Part shown: one piece after another, positions 26,176 through 38,569 of the stretch
How the letters are laid out: each line of letters opens with the position of its first letter
Numbering within the stretch: position 1 is the stretch's first letter
From: Narcine bancroftii
Taxonomy: Eukaryota
DNA length: 64,000 nt
Direction of reading: 5' to 3'
Assembly (NCBI RefSeq): GCF_036971445.1
Contig: NC_091480.1
Coordinates: 18,662,001 to 18,726,000, forward strand
Program-made: the position numbers and the translations under genes
Notes under the pieces: generated by a model
What the model saw: only the letters and a program-made list of their open reading frames with translations
Told to the model about the DNA's origin: nothing
The model's database searches: none

Positions 26176-27626
26176 ATTTTGCCCATGTACTTTAATTCTA
26201 AAACTGCCAAATATTTTTATTCAAGAAATCTGAAGAAGCATTGTATGGATTTGTAACTGCTTAAGTACAAATGAAACCATTTAATGATATAAATAAGATT
26301 TTTCCTCACATGAAAACCTTTCTAGTTGGTCTTATTTGCATAACTATTGTGTATTCAATCATGATAATAAAGAACAACTTTTACACTGAAAGGAATTGTC
26401 ATTTTTGAACCAATAATTTAATTTGACAGTCACCACACTTTTATTTCTCTGCAAACTGTTCTAGCCTTGCTGTATATTTTCCTTGGCCCAACCAAAGGAC
26501 ACGAGTTGTGTGTTTTAGTAACATGCTCAGAATGAGTGATAACTTCATTCCCCAAATTCCTTCTTGGCTCTCCTTTGGAATAGGAAAGATAATTGACCTC
26601 CGTGTCGTAAACTTGCTGATGATCTGGTCGAATCGTTGCACAGAATAAACTGCTGAACAACACCATTGCAGAAGAAGTGCATTTGACAAAGGAATGAACA
26701 AATAGTTACTTGTTCCCAAACTGAAGTTCTGCATTATAAATTTGAGCTGAAGCATTTCTCATGTATCTGTGTGGCAGTTGAATCAGGCAAATCTGTTAAA
26801 TTTTAATGACACGGTGTAATAGGAAAATGCATTCCAAGAGTTCTATTCAACTTCAATTCATGACAATTTAATTCAGTATTATTTTATGAATGCCCATATT
26901 TGTGTTGAATTTGGCTCATCCTAATTTCTTGTTGCCCTGTGTGGAACATTTGCCATGAGAACTATCGATTGAAATGTAAACCTGTCAAAACTTTGTTTAT
27001 TAACAGTATATTAGGTTTCCAGAAGCTGAATAAAACTTTTCAGTTGTAACTTTGTAATTTCACATCTTTGATTTTCCGAGTAGCAGAGTGTTTGTGAAGT
27101 TTTGCTTCTGGTATTGCTCGTTTGTAGATAATCGGGTTATGCATATTTTGTATTTCACTTATAAATATCTGATTTCTGTCTTTTAAGTTATTTCAGCTGC
27201 ATTTTTAAATCTAAAAGTAATTCGAATATCTCACTTTGGAAAAGTGCTTTGTAACAAACTAAGGAATGCAGATCAAGGAATCTCCAGTTGTCTTCATTTC
27301 CTTGCAGTTAAACAAGTGTTCTTTTTTTTTAAAAAAAAATTAGGGATACAAGGTGCCTTGTTCTGGTTTATCACCAGGATGGCACAGGGGGTCTGCTTTC
27401 AGACCAAATGGCTTATCAAGGTTTGCAATGACTAATACGCTTCCACGTGCAGCTGAAACCATATCACTGCTCATTTAACAAATGTGAATAAATTACCTTT
27501 GCCTCTACTGACATTGGAGGTGGTGAAATGAAAATAAAAACTTCATATATAGCAAATAGCGGAACAACTGGGAGCATCTTCTGTGAATAAATTTACCAAT
27601 TGTAATATTAACAAATGCTTTATACT

Positions 27627-29823
27627 CGGGCATATAAATTTTCCACATTTTTGCATGATGTCCACGTTTTTCACTTTGCCAAAACCACGTTTGCCAATGG
27701 AGAAGTTGTATTGGAAAAAAAATAGACAAAAGAAAATAATTGATCTATAGACTTTTAATGCCTTTTTTTCCCATATAACTCTCTCTTGCAATGAATAACC
27801 CATCATGCACTAGACAAAGCACATGTAAAACTGCTGGTAAACAAGTCTTGTTGTGCATCACCGTCTCATAGCAGCATTTGCAGCGCAGCGGGGCCTTCGT
27901 TTGCAAAGTTTTGCTAAATTTCTCCTGCTTGTTTGTACATGCAAGCTTTGCTTAGGTTCTTGAAAGAAAGTCCTGATAGATTATGGCTGCCAGGGATCAT
28001 AATTTTGCAGAGAAAGGCTCAAGTTTAGACACAGAATCGGTCGACGCAGACATGAGTGATCCACTCGTGAAAAATCTTGGTGGGAATGGCTCAATTTCAT
28101 CCACCAAGAAATGAAGAATTTATTGGATTGTACAAGGCTAATGGAAAAAAACTTGACTTTGCCGTGTGTATACTGTGTGACAAAGAAATTAAGTATGGAG
28201 GTCAGGGACATGTAGTGCTGGTTGACCATGTTGAAAAAGAGGCACACAAGAAGATACTGCAGCTCAGAAAAACAAACGCATTGCTCCCAGCTAAGTTGAG
28301 ACTAAGCTCACGTACTCTTCCACAGCATTCTGACTTATTTTCACAGCCTAAGGAACCTGGTATTTAATAGACTTTTTTTTTCCCCCCTTGATATTTCCTT
28401 CAGGCTAGAAGCCGCCACTGTTTAGAGTACCATCATTCCATCAAATCACACGCAGGAAAAGTGCCACCGAAAAGTATTGTTCCAGAACCCAGTTTCAGTT
28501 GCAACAGCTGAAGCTACAGTTTTGGGATTTTGTGCAACTCGCTTAATTTCATGATGGTTCTAAAAATCAGAGTTATCAAAACAGGTAGCTAAAGCCTTAG
28601 ATGCCTTATCTATTGATCGCACATCAGCCTCATAACAAAACAAATCATGGAGTTGCAATATCCTTTACTAAGGAGTCGAGTCAACACACTTTTTAATGGA
28701 TGAGGCTATCAGTGAAACAAACAAAAGAGTTGTCTTGATTTTAGTTTACTTTTTTTTCAAAGACAACAGGAAGTAGTCGTGAAAGACCTTTGCTTCCTTC
28801 TCACTTCTAAAAATGGACAGTGAAACATTCCTCTTTTTAAGAAATAGATTCTGTGGGAAAAATCTATTTACCATCCTAATGGATTCCTGTGAGGAACCAA
28901 GAATAGATTGGAGACAAGTATCTGCCAACATAAAGCCCCAACCTCATCTACGCATTGATGGGGACAGCTGCCACCATGCACGCAATGCTGCAAAAGCATT
29001 CTGTGATCTATTTGTTGAGTATCTTGCAACAGATTTTTAAGTGGTCAACTTGCAGTGGATTTGCAAGGCTCAAGATAAGTACTCAAGATTAGAGAAGTAT
29101 GTAAGCCACCAGTGGCTGTTCGTGTATGATGTCAGCTGTGGCATCATTTGTATGTTGGAGGCACTGCTGTTATTTTATTACTCATTTCTGCCACCTTCAG
29201 ATAAGAACATATGCAAGGATGTTGTATGTGAGATAGATTGGGAGTATGAAGTTGATGAAATGTCAAGAAATGGAGTAGAGAAACTACAAAAACAAAGGGC
29301 AGCAAAAAAAAGATGACCACTGATGGAACAAACTGAAAGAAGAGAATAGATCAGAAATTGTTCTTCACAAATCAGAAGACTGAACTGCTGCTAAAGATAT
29401 ATGGAACAAGCCTACAAGCATAATATCAAGCAGAGAAGGAAAAGGAAAAAGCTGTTGATATTACATAGCCCCCAAATTCAGCCCCACCTCTAAAACCCAG
29501 CAGCAGCAGGCAAAGCAAAATATAAGCACATCATGAAGGTAACAAAAAGCCATGGAGAAGAAGAAGAATTTAGTGAATCACTGTAAGGATAAACATTTTC
29601 AAGGTCAATAAAAGCATTATTAGTACAAAGTGACATTCACATTTTATGTCCGTTTTTACTTTGAAATGCACCAAAAGAGGCTTGAAACTGGTAATTTTGT
29701 ATGTAAATCTACAAGGATTTTTCAAACCCCCCCATCCCCAGATGGGGCGTTGCGCCCCCTTGACCTCCTCCACAAGCGCTTGGCTCTGATCTTATCTTTT
29801 TTTTAATCTCACTCGCATGCCGG
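27627..29823 (+). mobile_element. Decayed hAT-like transposon with transposase pseudogene
   Basis: TIRs CGGGCATATAA ... TCGCATGCCGG. Fragmented frames give a BED-like finger (CILCDKEIKYGGQGHVVLVDHVEKEAH), LMDSC, DGDSCHHARNAAKAF (CxxH-like) and YVSHQWL (RW-like); many stops and frameshifts. Confidence 0.7.
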
Positions 29824-30179
29824 TATATTTTAAAGCTAATTTTGTTTGTTCCGGTTGCTGTTTATACTTGAAGCAAAAGACTCTTTAACGTCTCAGTTAA
29901 TATCAGATATTATGATACGGTTTCCATTTAAGTTCAAGATGAAAATGTTTGAACAATATTTCTTCTTTTAATGTGAGATTCATAATGGAGAACTTATTAT
30001 TTAGCCTACACTTTGCTGCATTCCATGTAAGGTTAGCTATCTGGCTGTACCATATGTAGCTGTTACTAGTGCTCTCCTATAACATAAACAATTATTCAAA
30101 CACAAAGATTTCCTTGTACTGTTAGCTGTCACTAATGAATAATTCTTTGTATGCAGTATTGTTTAAGTATCCTACAAAA

Positions 30180-33100
30180 TAAATCGCTCCTCAGTAAAAT
30201 GCATTAAGAAAATCCTGAAAGAAAAAATCGCTCCTCAGTACCAACTAAATAAAATGCATTAAAAGAATCGTGAAAGAAAAAATTGCTCCTTAGTACCAAC
30301 TAAATAAAATGCATTAAGAAAATCCTGAAATAAAAAAATCGCTCCTCAGTACCAACTAAATAAAATGCATTAAGAAAATCGTGAAAGAAAAAATTGCTCC
30401 TCAGTACCAACTAAATAAAATGCATTAAGAAAATCCTGAAGGAAAAAAATCGCTCCTCTGTCCCAACCAAATAAAATGCATTAAGAAAATCCTGAAAGAA
30501 AAAAATTGCTCCTCAGTACCAACAAAATAAAATGCATTAAGAAAATCCTGAAAGAAAAAAATCGCTCCTCAGTACCAACTAAATAAAATGCATTAAAAGA
30601 ATTGTGAAAGAAAAAATCGCTCCTCAGTACCAACTAAATAAAATGTATTAAGAAAATCCTGAAAGAAAAAAAGCGCTCCTCAATACCAACTAAATAAAAT
30701 GCATTAAGAAAATCCTGAAAGAAAAATATCGCTCCTCAGTACCAACTAAATAAAATGCAATAAGAAAATCCTGAAAGAAAAAAATAGCTCCTCAGTACCA
30801 ACTAAATAAAATGCATTAAAAAAATTGTGAAAGAAAAAATTGCTCCTCAGTACCAACTAAATAAAATGCATTAAGAAAATAGTGAAAGAAAAAAATCGCT
30901 CCTCAGTACCAACTAAATAAAATGCATTAAGAAAATCCTGAAAGAAAAAATTGCTCCTCAATACCAACTAAATAAAATGCATTAAGAAAATCCTGAAAGA
31001 AAAAAAGCGCTACTCAATACCAACTAAATAAAATGCATTAAGAAAATCCTGAAAGAAAAAAATCGCTCCTCAGTACCAACTAAATAAAATGCATTAAGAA
31101 AATCCTGAAAGAAAAAAATCGCTCCTCAGTACCAACTAAATAAAATGCATTAAGAAAATCATGAAAGAAAAAATTGCTCCTCAGTACCAACTAAATAAAA
31201 TGCATTAAGAAAATAGTGAAAGAAAAAAATCGTTCCTCAGTACCAACTAAATAAAATGCAATAAGAAAATCGTGAAAGAAAAAATTGCTCCTCAGTACCA
31301 ACTAAATAAAATGCATTAGGAAAATCCTGAAAGAAAAAAATCGCTCCTCAGTACCAACTAAATAAAATGCATTAAGAAAATCATGAAAGAAAAAAAGCGC
31401 TCCTCAATACCAACTAAATAAAATGCAATAAGAAAATCTTGAAAGAAAAAAATCGCTCCTCAGTACCAACTAAATAAAATGCAATAAGAAAATCCTGAAA
31501 GAAAAAAATAGCTCCTCAGTACCAACTAAATAAAATGCATTAAGAAAATAGTGAAAGAAAAAAATCGCTCCTCAGTACCAACTAAATAAAATGCTTTAAA
31601 AAAATTGTGAAAGAAAAAATTGCTCCTCAGTACCAACTAAATAAAATGCATTAAGAAAATAGTGAAAGAAAAAAATCGTTCCTCAGTACCAACTAAATAA
31701 AATGCATTAAGAAAATCGTGAAAGAAAAAATTGCTCCTCAGTACCAACTAAATAAAATGCATTAGGAAAATCCTGAAAGAAAAAAATCGCTCCTCAGTAC
31801 CAACTAAATAAAATGCATTAAGAAAATCATGAAAGAAAAAAAGCGCTCCTCAATACCAACTAAATAAAATGCAATAAGAAAATCTTGAAAGAAAAAAATC
31901 GCTCCTCAGTACCAACTAAATAAAATGCAATAAGAAAATCCTGAAAGAAAAAAATAGCTCCTCAGTACCAACTAAATAAAATGCATTAAGAAAATAGTGA
32001 AAGAAAAAAATCGCTCCTCACTACCAACTAAATAAAATGCTTTAAAAAAATTGTGAAAGAAAAAATTGCTCCTCAGTACCAACTAAATAAAATGCATTAA
32101 GAAAATAGTGAAAGAAAAAAATCGTTCCTCAGTACCAACTAAATAAAATGCATTAAGAAAATCGTGAAAGAAAAAATTGCTCCTCAGTACCAACTAAATA
32201 AAATGCATTAGGAAAATCCTGAAAGAAAAAAATCGCTCCTCAGTACCAACTAAATAAAATGCATTAAGAAAATCATGAAAGAAAAAAAGCGCTCCTCAAT
32301 ACCAACTAAATAAAATGCATTAAGAAAATCTTGAAAGAAAAAAATCGCTCCTCAGTACCAACTAAATAAAATGCAATAAGAAAATCCTGAAAGAAAAAAA
32401 TAGCTCCTCAGTACCAACTAAATAAAATGCAATAAGAAAATCCTGAAAGAAAAAAATAGCTCCTCAGTACCAACTAAATAAAATGCATTAAGAAAATAGT
32501 GAAAGAAAAAAATCGCTCCTCAGTACCAACTAAATAAAATGCATTAAGAAAATCGTGAAAGAAAAAATTGCTCCTCAGTACCAACTAAATAAAATGCATT
32601 AAGAAAATCCTGAAAGAAAAAAATCGCTCCTCAGTACCAACTAAATAAAATGCATTAAGAAAATCATGAAAGAAAAAAATCGCTCCTCAGTACCAACTAA
32701 ATAAAATGCATTAAAAGAATCATGAAAGAAAAAAATCGTTCCTCAGTACCAACTAAATAAAATGCATTAAGAAAATCCTTAAAGAAAAAATCACTCCTCA
32801 GTATCAACTAAATAAAATGCATTAAGAAAATCCTGAAAGAAAAAATCGCTCTTCAATACCAACTGAATAAAATGCATTTACAAAATCCTGAAAGAAAAAA
32901 ATCGCTCCTCAGTACCAACTAAATAAAATGCATTAAAAGAATCGTGAAAGAAAAAAATCGCTCCTCAGTACCAACTAAATAAAATGCATTAAAAGAATCG
33001 TGAAAGAAAAAAATCGTTCCTCAGTATCCTTAAAGAAAAAATCGCTCCTCAGTACCAACTAAATAAAATGCATTAAAAGAATCATGAAAGAAAAAATTGC

Positions 33101-35530
33101 TCCTTAGTACCAACTAAATAAAATGCATTAAGAAAATCCTGAAATAAAAAAATCGCTCCTCAGTACCAACTAAATAAAATGCATTAAGAAAATCGTGAAA
33201 GAAAAAATTGCTCCTCAGTACCAACTAAATAAAATGCATTAAGAAAATCCTGAAGGAAAAAAATCGCTCCTCTGTCCCAACCAAATAAAATGCATTAAGA
33301 AAATCCTGAAAGAAAAAAATTGCTCCTCAGTACCAACAAAATAAAATGCATTAAGAAAATCCTGAAAGAAAAAAATCGCTCCTCAGTACCAACTAAATAA
33401 AATGCATTAAAAGAATTGTGAAAGAAAAAATCGCTCCTCAGTACCAACTAAATAAAATGTATTAAGAAAATCCTGAAAGAAAAAAAGCGCTCCTCAATCT
33501 TTGGCTTGGCTTCGCGGACGAAGATTTATGGAGGGGGTAAAAAGTCCACGTCAGCTGCAGGCTCGTTTGTGGCTGACCAGTCCGATGCGGGACAGGCAGA
33601 CACGATTGCAGCGGTTGCAAGGGAAAATTGGTTGGTTGGGGTTGGGTGTTGGGTTTTTCCTCCTTTGCCTTTTGTCAGTGAGGTGGGCTCTGCGGTCTTC
33701 TTCAAAGGAGGCTGCTGCCCGCCAAACTGTGAGGCGCCAAGATGCACGGTTTGAGGCGTTATCAGCCCACTGGCGGTGGTCAATGTGGCAGGCACCAAGA
33801 GATTTCTTTAGGCAGTCCTTGTACCTTTTCTTTGGTGCACCTCTGTCACGGTGGCCAGTGGAGAGCTCGCCATATAATACGATCTTGGGAAGGCGATGGT
33901 CCTCCATTCTGGAGACGTGACCCATCCAGCGCAGCTGGATCTTCAGCAGCGTGGACTCGATGCTGTCGACCTCTGCCATCTCGAGTACCTCGACGTTAGG
34001 GGTGTGAGCGCTCCAATGGATGTTGAGGATGGAGCGGAGACAACGCTGGTGGAAGCGTTCTAGGAGCCGTAGGTGGTGCCGGTAGAGGACCCATGATTCG
34101 GAGCCGAACAGGAGTGTGGGTATGACAACGGCTCTGTATACGCTTATCTTTGTGAGGTTTTTCAGTTGGTTGTTTTTCCAGACTCTTTTGTGTAGTCTTC
34201 CAAAGGCGCTATTTGCCTTGGCGAGTCTGTTGTCTATCTCATTGTCGATCCTTGCATCTGATGAAATGGTGCAGCCGAGATAGGTAAACTGGTTGACCGT
34301 TTTGAGTTTTGTGTGCCCGATGGAGATGTGGGGGGGCTGGTAGTCATGGTGGGGAGCTGGCTAAATAAAATGCATTAAGAAAATAGTGAAAGAAAAAAAT
34401 CGCTCCTCACTACCAACTAAATAAAATGCTTTAAAAAAATTGTGAAAGAAAAAATTGCTCCTCAGTACCAACTAAATAAAATGCATTAAGAAAATAGTGA
34501 AAGAAAAAAATCGTTCCTCAGTACCAACTAAATAAAATGCATTAAGAAAATCGTGAAAGAAAAAATTGCTCCTCAGTACCAACTAAATAAAATGCATTAG
34601 GAAAATCCTGAAAGAAAAAAATCGCTCCTCAGTACCAACTAAATAAAATGCATTAAGAAAATCATGAAAGAAAAAAAGCGCTCCTCAATACCAACTAAAT
34701 AAAATGCATTAAGAAAATCTTGAAAGAAAAAAATCGCTCCTCAGTACCAACTAAATAAAATGCAATAAGAAAATCCTGAAAGAAAAAAATAGCTCCTCAG
34801 TACCAACTAAATAAAATGCAATAAGAAAATCCTGAAAGAAAAAAATAGCTCCTCAGTACCAACTAAATAAAATGCATTAAGAAAATAGTGAAAGAAAAAA
34901 ATCGCTCCTCAGTACCAACTAAATAAAATGCATTAAGAAAATCGTGAAAGAAAAAATTGCTCCTCAGTACCAACTAAATAAAATGCATTAAGAAAATCCT
35001 GAAAGAAAAAAATCGCTCCTCAGTACCAACTAAATAAAATGCATTAAGAAAATCATGAAAGAAAAAAATCGCTCCTCAGTACCAACTAAATAAAATGCAT
35101 TAAAAGAATCATGAAAGAAAAAAATCGTTCCTCAGTACCAACTAAATAAAATGCATTAAGAAAATCCTTAAAGAAAAAATCACTCCTCAGTATCAACTAA
35201 ATAAAATGCATTAAGAAAATCCTGAAAGAAAAAATCGCTCTTCAATACCAACTGAATAAAATGCATTTACAAAATCCTGAAAGAAAAAAATCGCTCCTCA
35301 GTACCAACTAAATAAAATGCATTAAAAGAATCGTGAAAGAAAAAAATCGCTCCTCAGTACCAACTAAATAAAATGCATTAAAAGAATCGTGAAAGAAAAA
35401 AATCGTTCCTCAGTATCCTTAAAGAAAAAATCACTCCTCAGTATCAACTAAATAAAATGCATTAAGAAAATCCTGAAAGAAAAAATCGCTCCTCAGTATC
35501 AACTAAATAAAATGCATTAAAAGAATCATG
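30180..35530 (+). repeat. 56-bp AT-rich satellite (CCAACTAAATAAAATGCATTAAGAAAATCCTGAAAGAAAAAAATCGCTCCTCAGTA), about 80 units, interrupted at 33499-34360
   Basis: Period 55-56 bp measured directly (e.g. 31021, 31077, 31133); diagnostic variants recur at about 446 bp (8-mer). Confidence 0.97.
33499..34360 (-). mobile_element. 5'-truncated RTE-clade LINE (RTE/BovB-like), young
   Basis: Stop-free minus-strand frame 34360..33551 (about 269 aa): FTYLGCTIS...KANSAFGRL...FHQRCLRSIL...QLRWMGHVSRMEDHRLPKIVLYGEL...CNRCNRVCLSRIGLVSH; short 3' UTR ending AAGCCAAGCCAAAG. Confidence 0.92.
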
Positions 35531-35812
35531 CTGATTCGAATGTTGCCATGGAAATGGCAAATGATACTCTAGATTTGTACACATGAGCATGATAGCTTGT
35601 GTTTATACAGCTATTCTTGGTTACTGAGTAAAAATAAATGCTCCAAGTGCTTGACAATAAATTATCATCATAACTTGGAAGCCCGTGAGCCTGTTAATGA
35701 CTTAAGAACAGCAGGGAATAGTAATTAGTGATTGATCGCCTCAGGCCTGGCCTGTGGTTCCATTCAGTCATGGCCGATATTTGTCTTGTGTGCCACATTT
35801 CTGAACTAGCCC

Positions 35813-36111
35813 TGTGAGGCTATGGTTGTACACCACCGGCCTACTGCAGGGGGCAACCTCTGTACCTGCAGGAGTGTAAGGGGGACAGGACAACACCTGG
35901 GTGGCTGCCAATCAGTCAGCCTGAATGGATCAAGCCCCACCCGGTCAGGTGTCAATCACCCTCCGGGACATAAGTCTACGTGGGCCTCCCGAGGCCTCAC
36001 ACTGAGTTGCTGCAGCCACAGCCAGCCTGGCTCTGTGGAGGTCTTTGTGGATTAAAGCCTATTGTTCAGTCTTTACCTTGTGTGTGTCTGATTCTGTCGA
36101 ACAGCGCACCA
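35813..36111 (+). mobile_element. Probable short solo LTR
   Basis: TGTGA start, CCAAT and CATAAG promoter-like motifs, ATTAAA, ends GCGCACCA; no clear TSD. Confidence 0.55.
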
Positions 36112-36379
36112 AAGAAGCGACTCTTTTGATCTCTGTTTCGAATGCACGCAGTGAGTTAGCCTCCAGAGTCATTTTTACATGGAGAATTCCAAAGATTCTC
36201 CATGTAAAAATGGAAGAAGGAGACTTGTCTAATTCCAGAATGTTCAGACTGTAATCTCTGCAACACCCAAGCAAGGGGAAACATAATTTCTCCATCTACT
36301 CTTCCGCCTTGTATCTTCCCATGTATAAAAGTGCTGCTCATGCTCCATTCTAGTGCGTGTAGGCCCAGACTGCTTCGTC

Positions 36380-37245
36380 TCACCTTTCTCAGAAAGTCTC
36401 ATGACTGGAATAATGAAGCTCTGGAAATCTGTACTGCAGCAGTTAAGTGCAAATAATTAAATATATGCAAAGATTTCATTGTTTTTCTTACTGTAAGGTG
36501 GGTCAAGGGACTTGGGGAGAAAGAAAAAAAGAAACCAGAATTTGATGGTCAGCCATTGTGGAACAGATTTGATGGGCCAGATACTCGCCACAAATGTAAA
36601 CAGAATGTATCGCAGCTGTTCCGACATTGACAAGACATTTCTGCTGTTTTGAATCTTCCTGAAGACAACAAATGCAATTGTTATGTACACTCATGATGCT
36701 ATTGCCTGAAGAAAAATTGCATTGATGTGTATTCAATCTATCAATGTAATGCACAGTATCTGCATATGTGAGCTGCTTTTATAACCTGAGGAAACAAGCT
36801 CAGGCCTAAGACAACATTTACATAGCACCTGCACTGAGTGCATGCCCAGACATGTTTGGACAGACCAAAAGAGCTTGCTTTGTGGGCAAGATTCAATTTA
36901 TTGTCATGTAATAAAATGTGTCACATGACACAAAATTACTTTTCTCTCCAGAACTCTCACAGCCCCTGCAGCCACACACAGTCCAGTCCAAATCATCGAC
37001 AACCCAAGCTCCAGCTTCAAAACTGATACCATTAGGAACCCTAAAACACTCTTGGCACTCTCTCACATGCCAGTTCCAAAATAAAAATACACTTAAAATA
37101 TGACAGGATAACACAGAACAGGTTATATCTGAAAACAGTATGTGATAGGAAATTTTTAAGGTGATTTTCCTGATCAACAGCCCAAAATCGATAAACTACA
37201 CCCAAAAGTGTTCAGGAAGCAAAATCGTCATTCTCCAGTGTTTGG
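36380..37245 (-). mobile_element. Tc1/mariner-superfamily DNA transposon remnant (m44-like family), inverted copy
   Basis: Reverse complement of the TTTTGGGCTGCTGATCA...CCTATCACGTACTGTTTT segment seen at 46.1 and 57.4 kb; YICGE remnant. Confidence 0.55.
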
Positions 37246-38132
37246 CTCCTCATTCTGATGAGGTGAAGGGGGAGAGATTGAACAAGAACCTTGAGCGGTC
37301 ACTTTTTACACACTGAGGCCGGAGGGTGCATGGAATGGGCTGTTGGGGAGGTGGTTGAAGCTGGTACTTTTGCAATATTTAATAAAAAATTGGATAGATA
37401 TGTGAATCAGACAGATTTAGAAGGATTTTTTTGAGGATATAACTATGAAATAGACAAGGGAGAGCCAGTGGATGTAGTGTACCTGGACATTCAGAAAGTC
37501 TTTGATGAGGTGACACATATAAGATTAGTGGGTAACATTAGAGCACATAGTATTGGTGGTAGAGTACTAACATGGATGGAAAATTGGTTTGCAGACAGGA
37601 AAGAAAGAGTAGGGATTAACTGGTCCCTTTCAGAATGACAGGCAGTCACTAGTGGGGTCAGTGCTGGGACCACAGCTATTTGCAATATACATTAATGATA
37701 TGGATGAAGGGATTAAAAGTAACATTAGAAATTTGCAGATGACACAAAGCTGGGTGGCAGTGTGAAATGAGAGGAAGATGTTATGAGAATGCAGGGTGAC
37801 TTGGACAGGTTGGATGAGAAGGCAGATGCAGTTTAATGTGGATAAATGTGAGGTTATCCACTTTGGCAAGAACGGGAAGGCAGATTACTATCTGAATGGT
37901 GTCACCAGAGGAACAGGGGAAGTGCAATGAGATCAAGATGTCCATGTTCACCAGTCACTGATGGTAAGCATGCAGGTACAGCAGGCAATGAAGCAAGCTA
38001 ATGGCATGCTGGCCTTCATAATAAGGTGAATTGGGAATAGGAGCAAAGAAGTTCTTCTGTTGTTGTCCAGGATCCTGGTGAGACCACACCTGGAATATTG
38101 TGTGTCGTTTTGGTCTTCAAATGTGAGGAAGG

Positions 38133-38216
38133 TGTGACAGGGTATTTAAATAACCCCGTGTTGTTAAATAACCCTCTATAGCTGCTGGTTTTTGGGGTCC
38201 TCTGGACTCCGTAACA
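38133..38216. mobile_element. 84-bp mini-LTR-like insertion in the CR1
   Basis: TGTGAC...GTAACA ends; interrupts the CR1 sequence GAGGAAGG|ACATTCTTG; imperfect 4-bp TSD. Confidence 0.5.
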
Positions 38217-38569
38217 AAAGACATTCTTGCTATTTGAGAGAGTGGAGCGCAAGTTCACGAGGTTAATTCCCAAGATGGCTGGATTGTCATATGTTGAAAG
38301 ATTGGAGCAACTGGGCTTGTATATTCTGGAATTTAGATGGATGAGAGGGGATCTGATTGAAACATTAAGGGATTGGAAACACTAGAGGCAGGAAACATGT
38401 TCCTGATGTTGGGGGAATCCAGAACCAGAGACCACAGTTTAAAAATAAGGGGTAGGTCATTCAGAACAGAGTTGAGGAAAAACCTTTTCACCCAGAGAGT
38501 TGTGGATCTGTGGAATGCTCTCCTTAGAAGGCAGTGGAGGCCAATTCTCTGGATGCTTTCAAGAAATAA

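Noticed and set aside
30180-35530. CRISPR-like appearance of regularly spaced repeats
   Set aside because: Units are contiguous with no unique spacers, there are no cas genes, and the context is vertebrate; it is a satellite.
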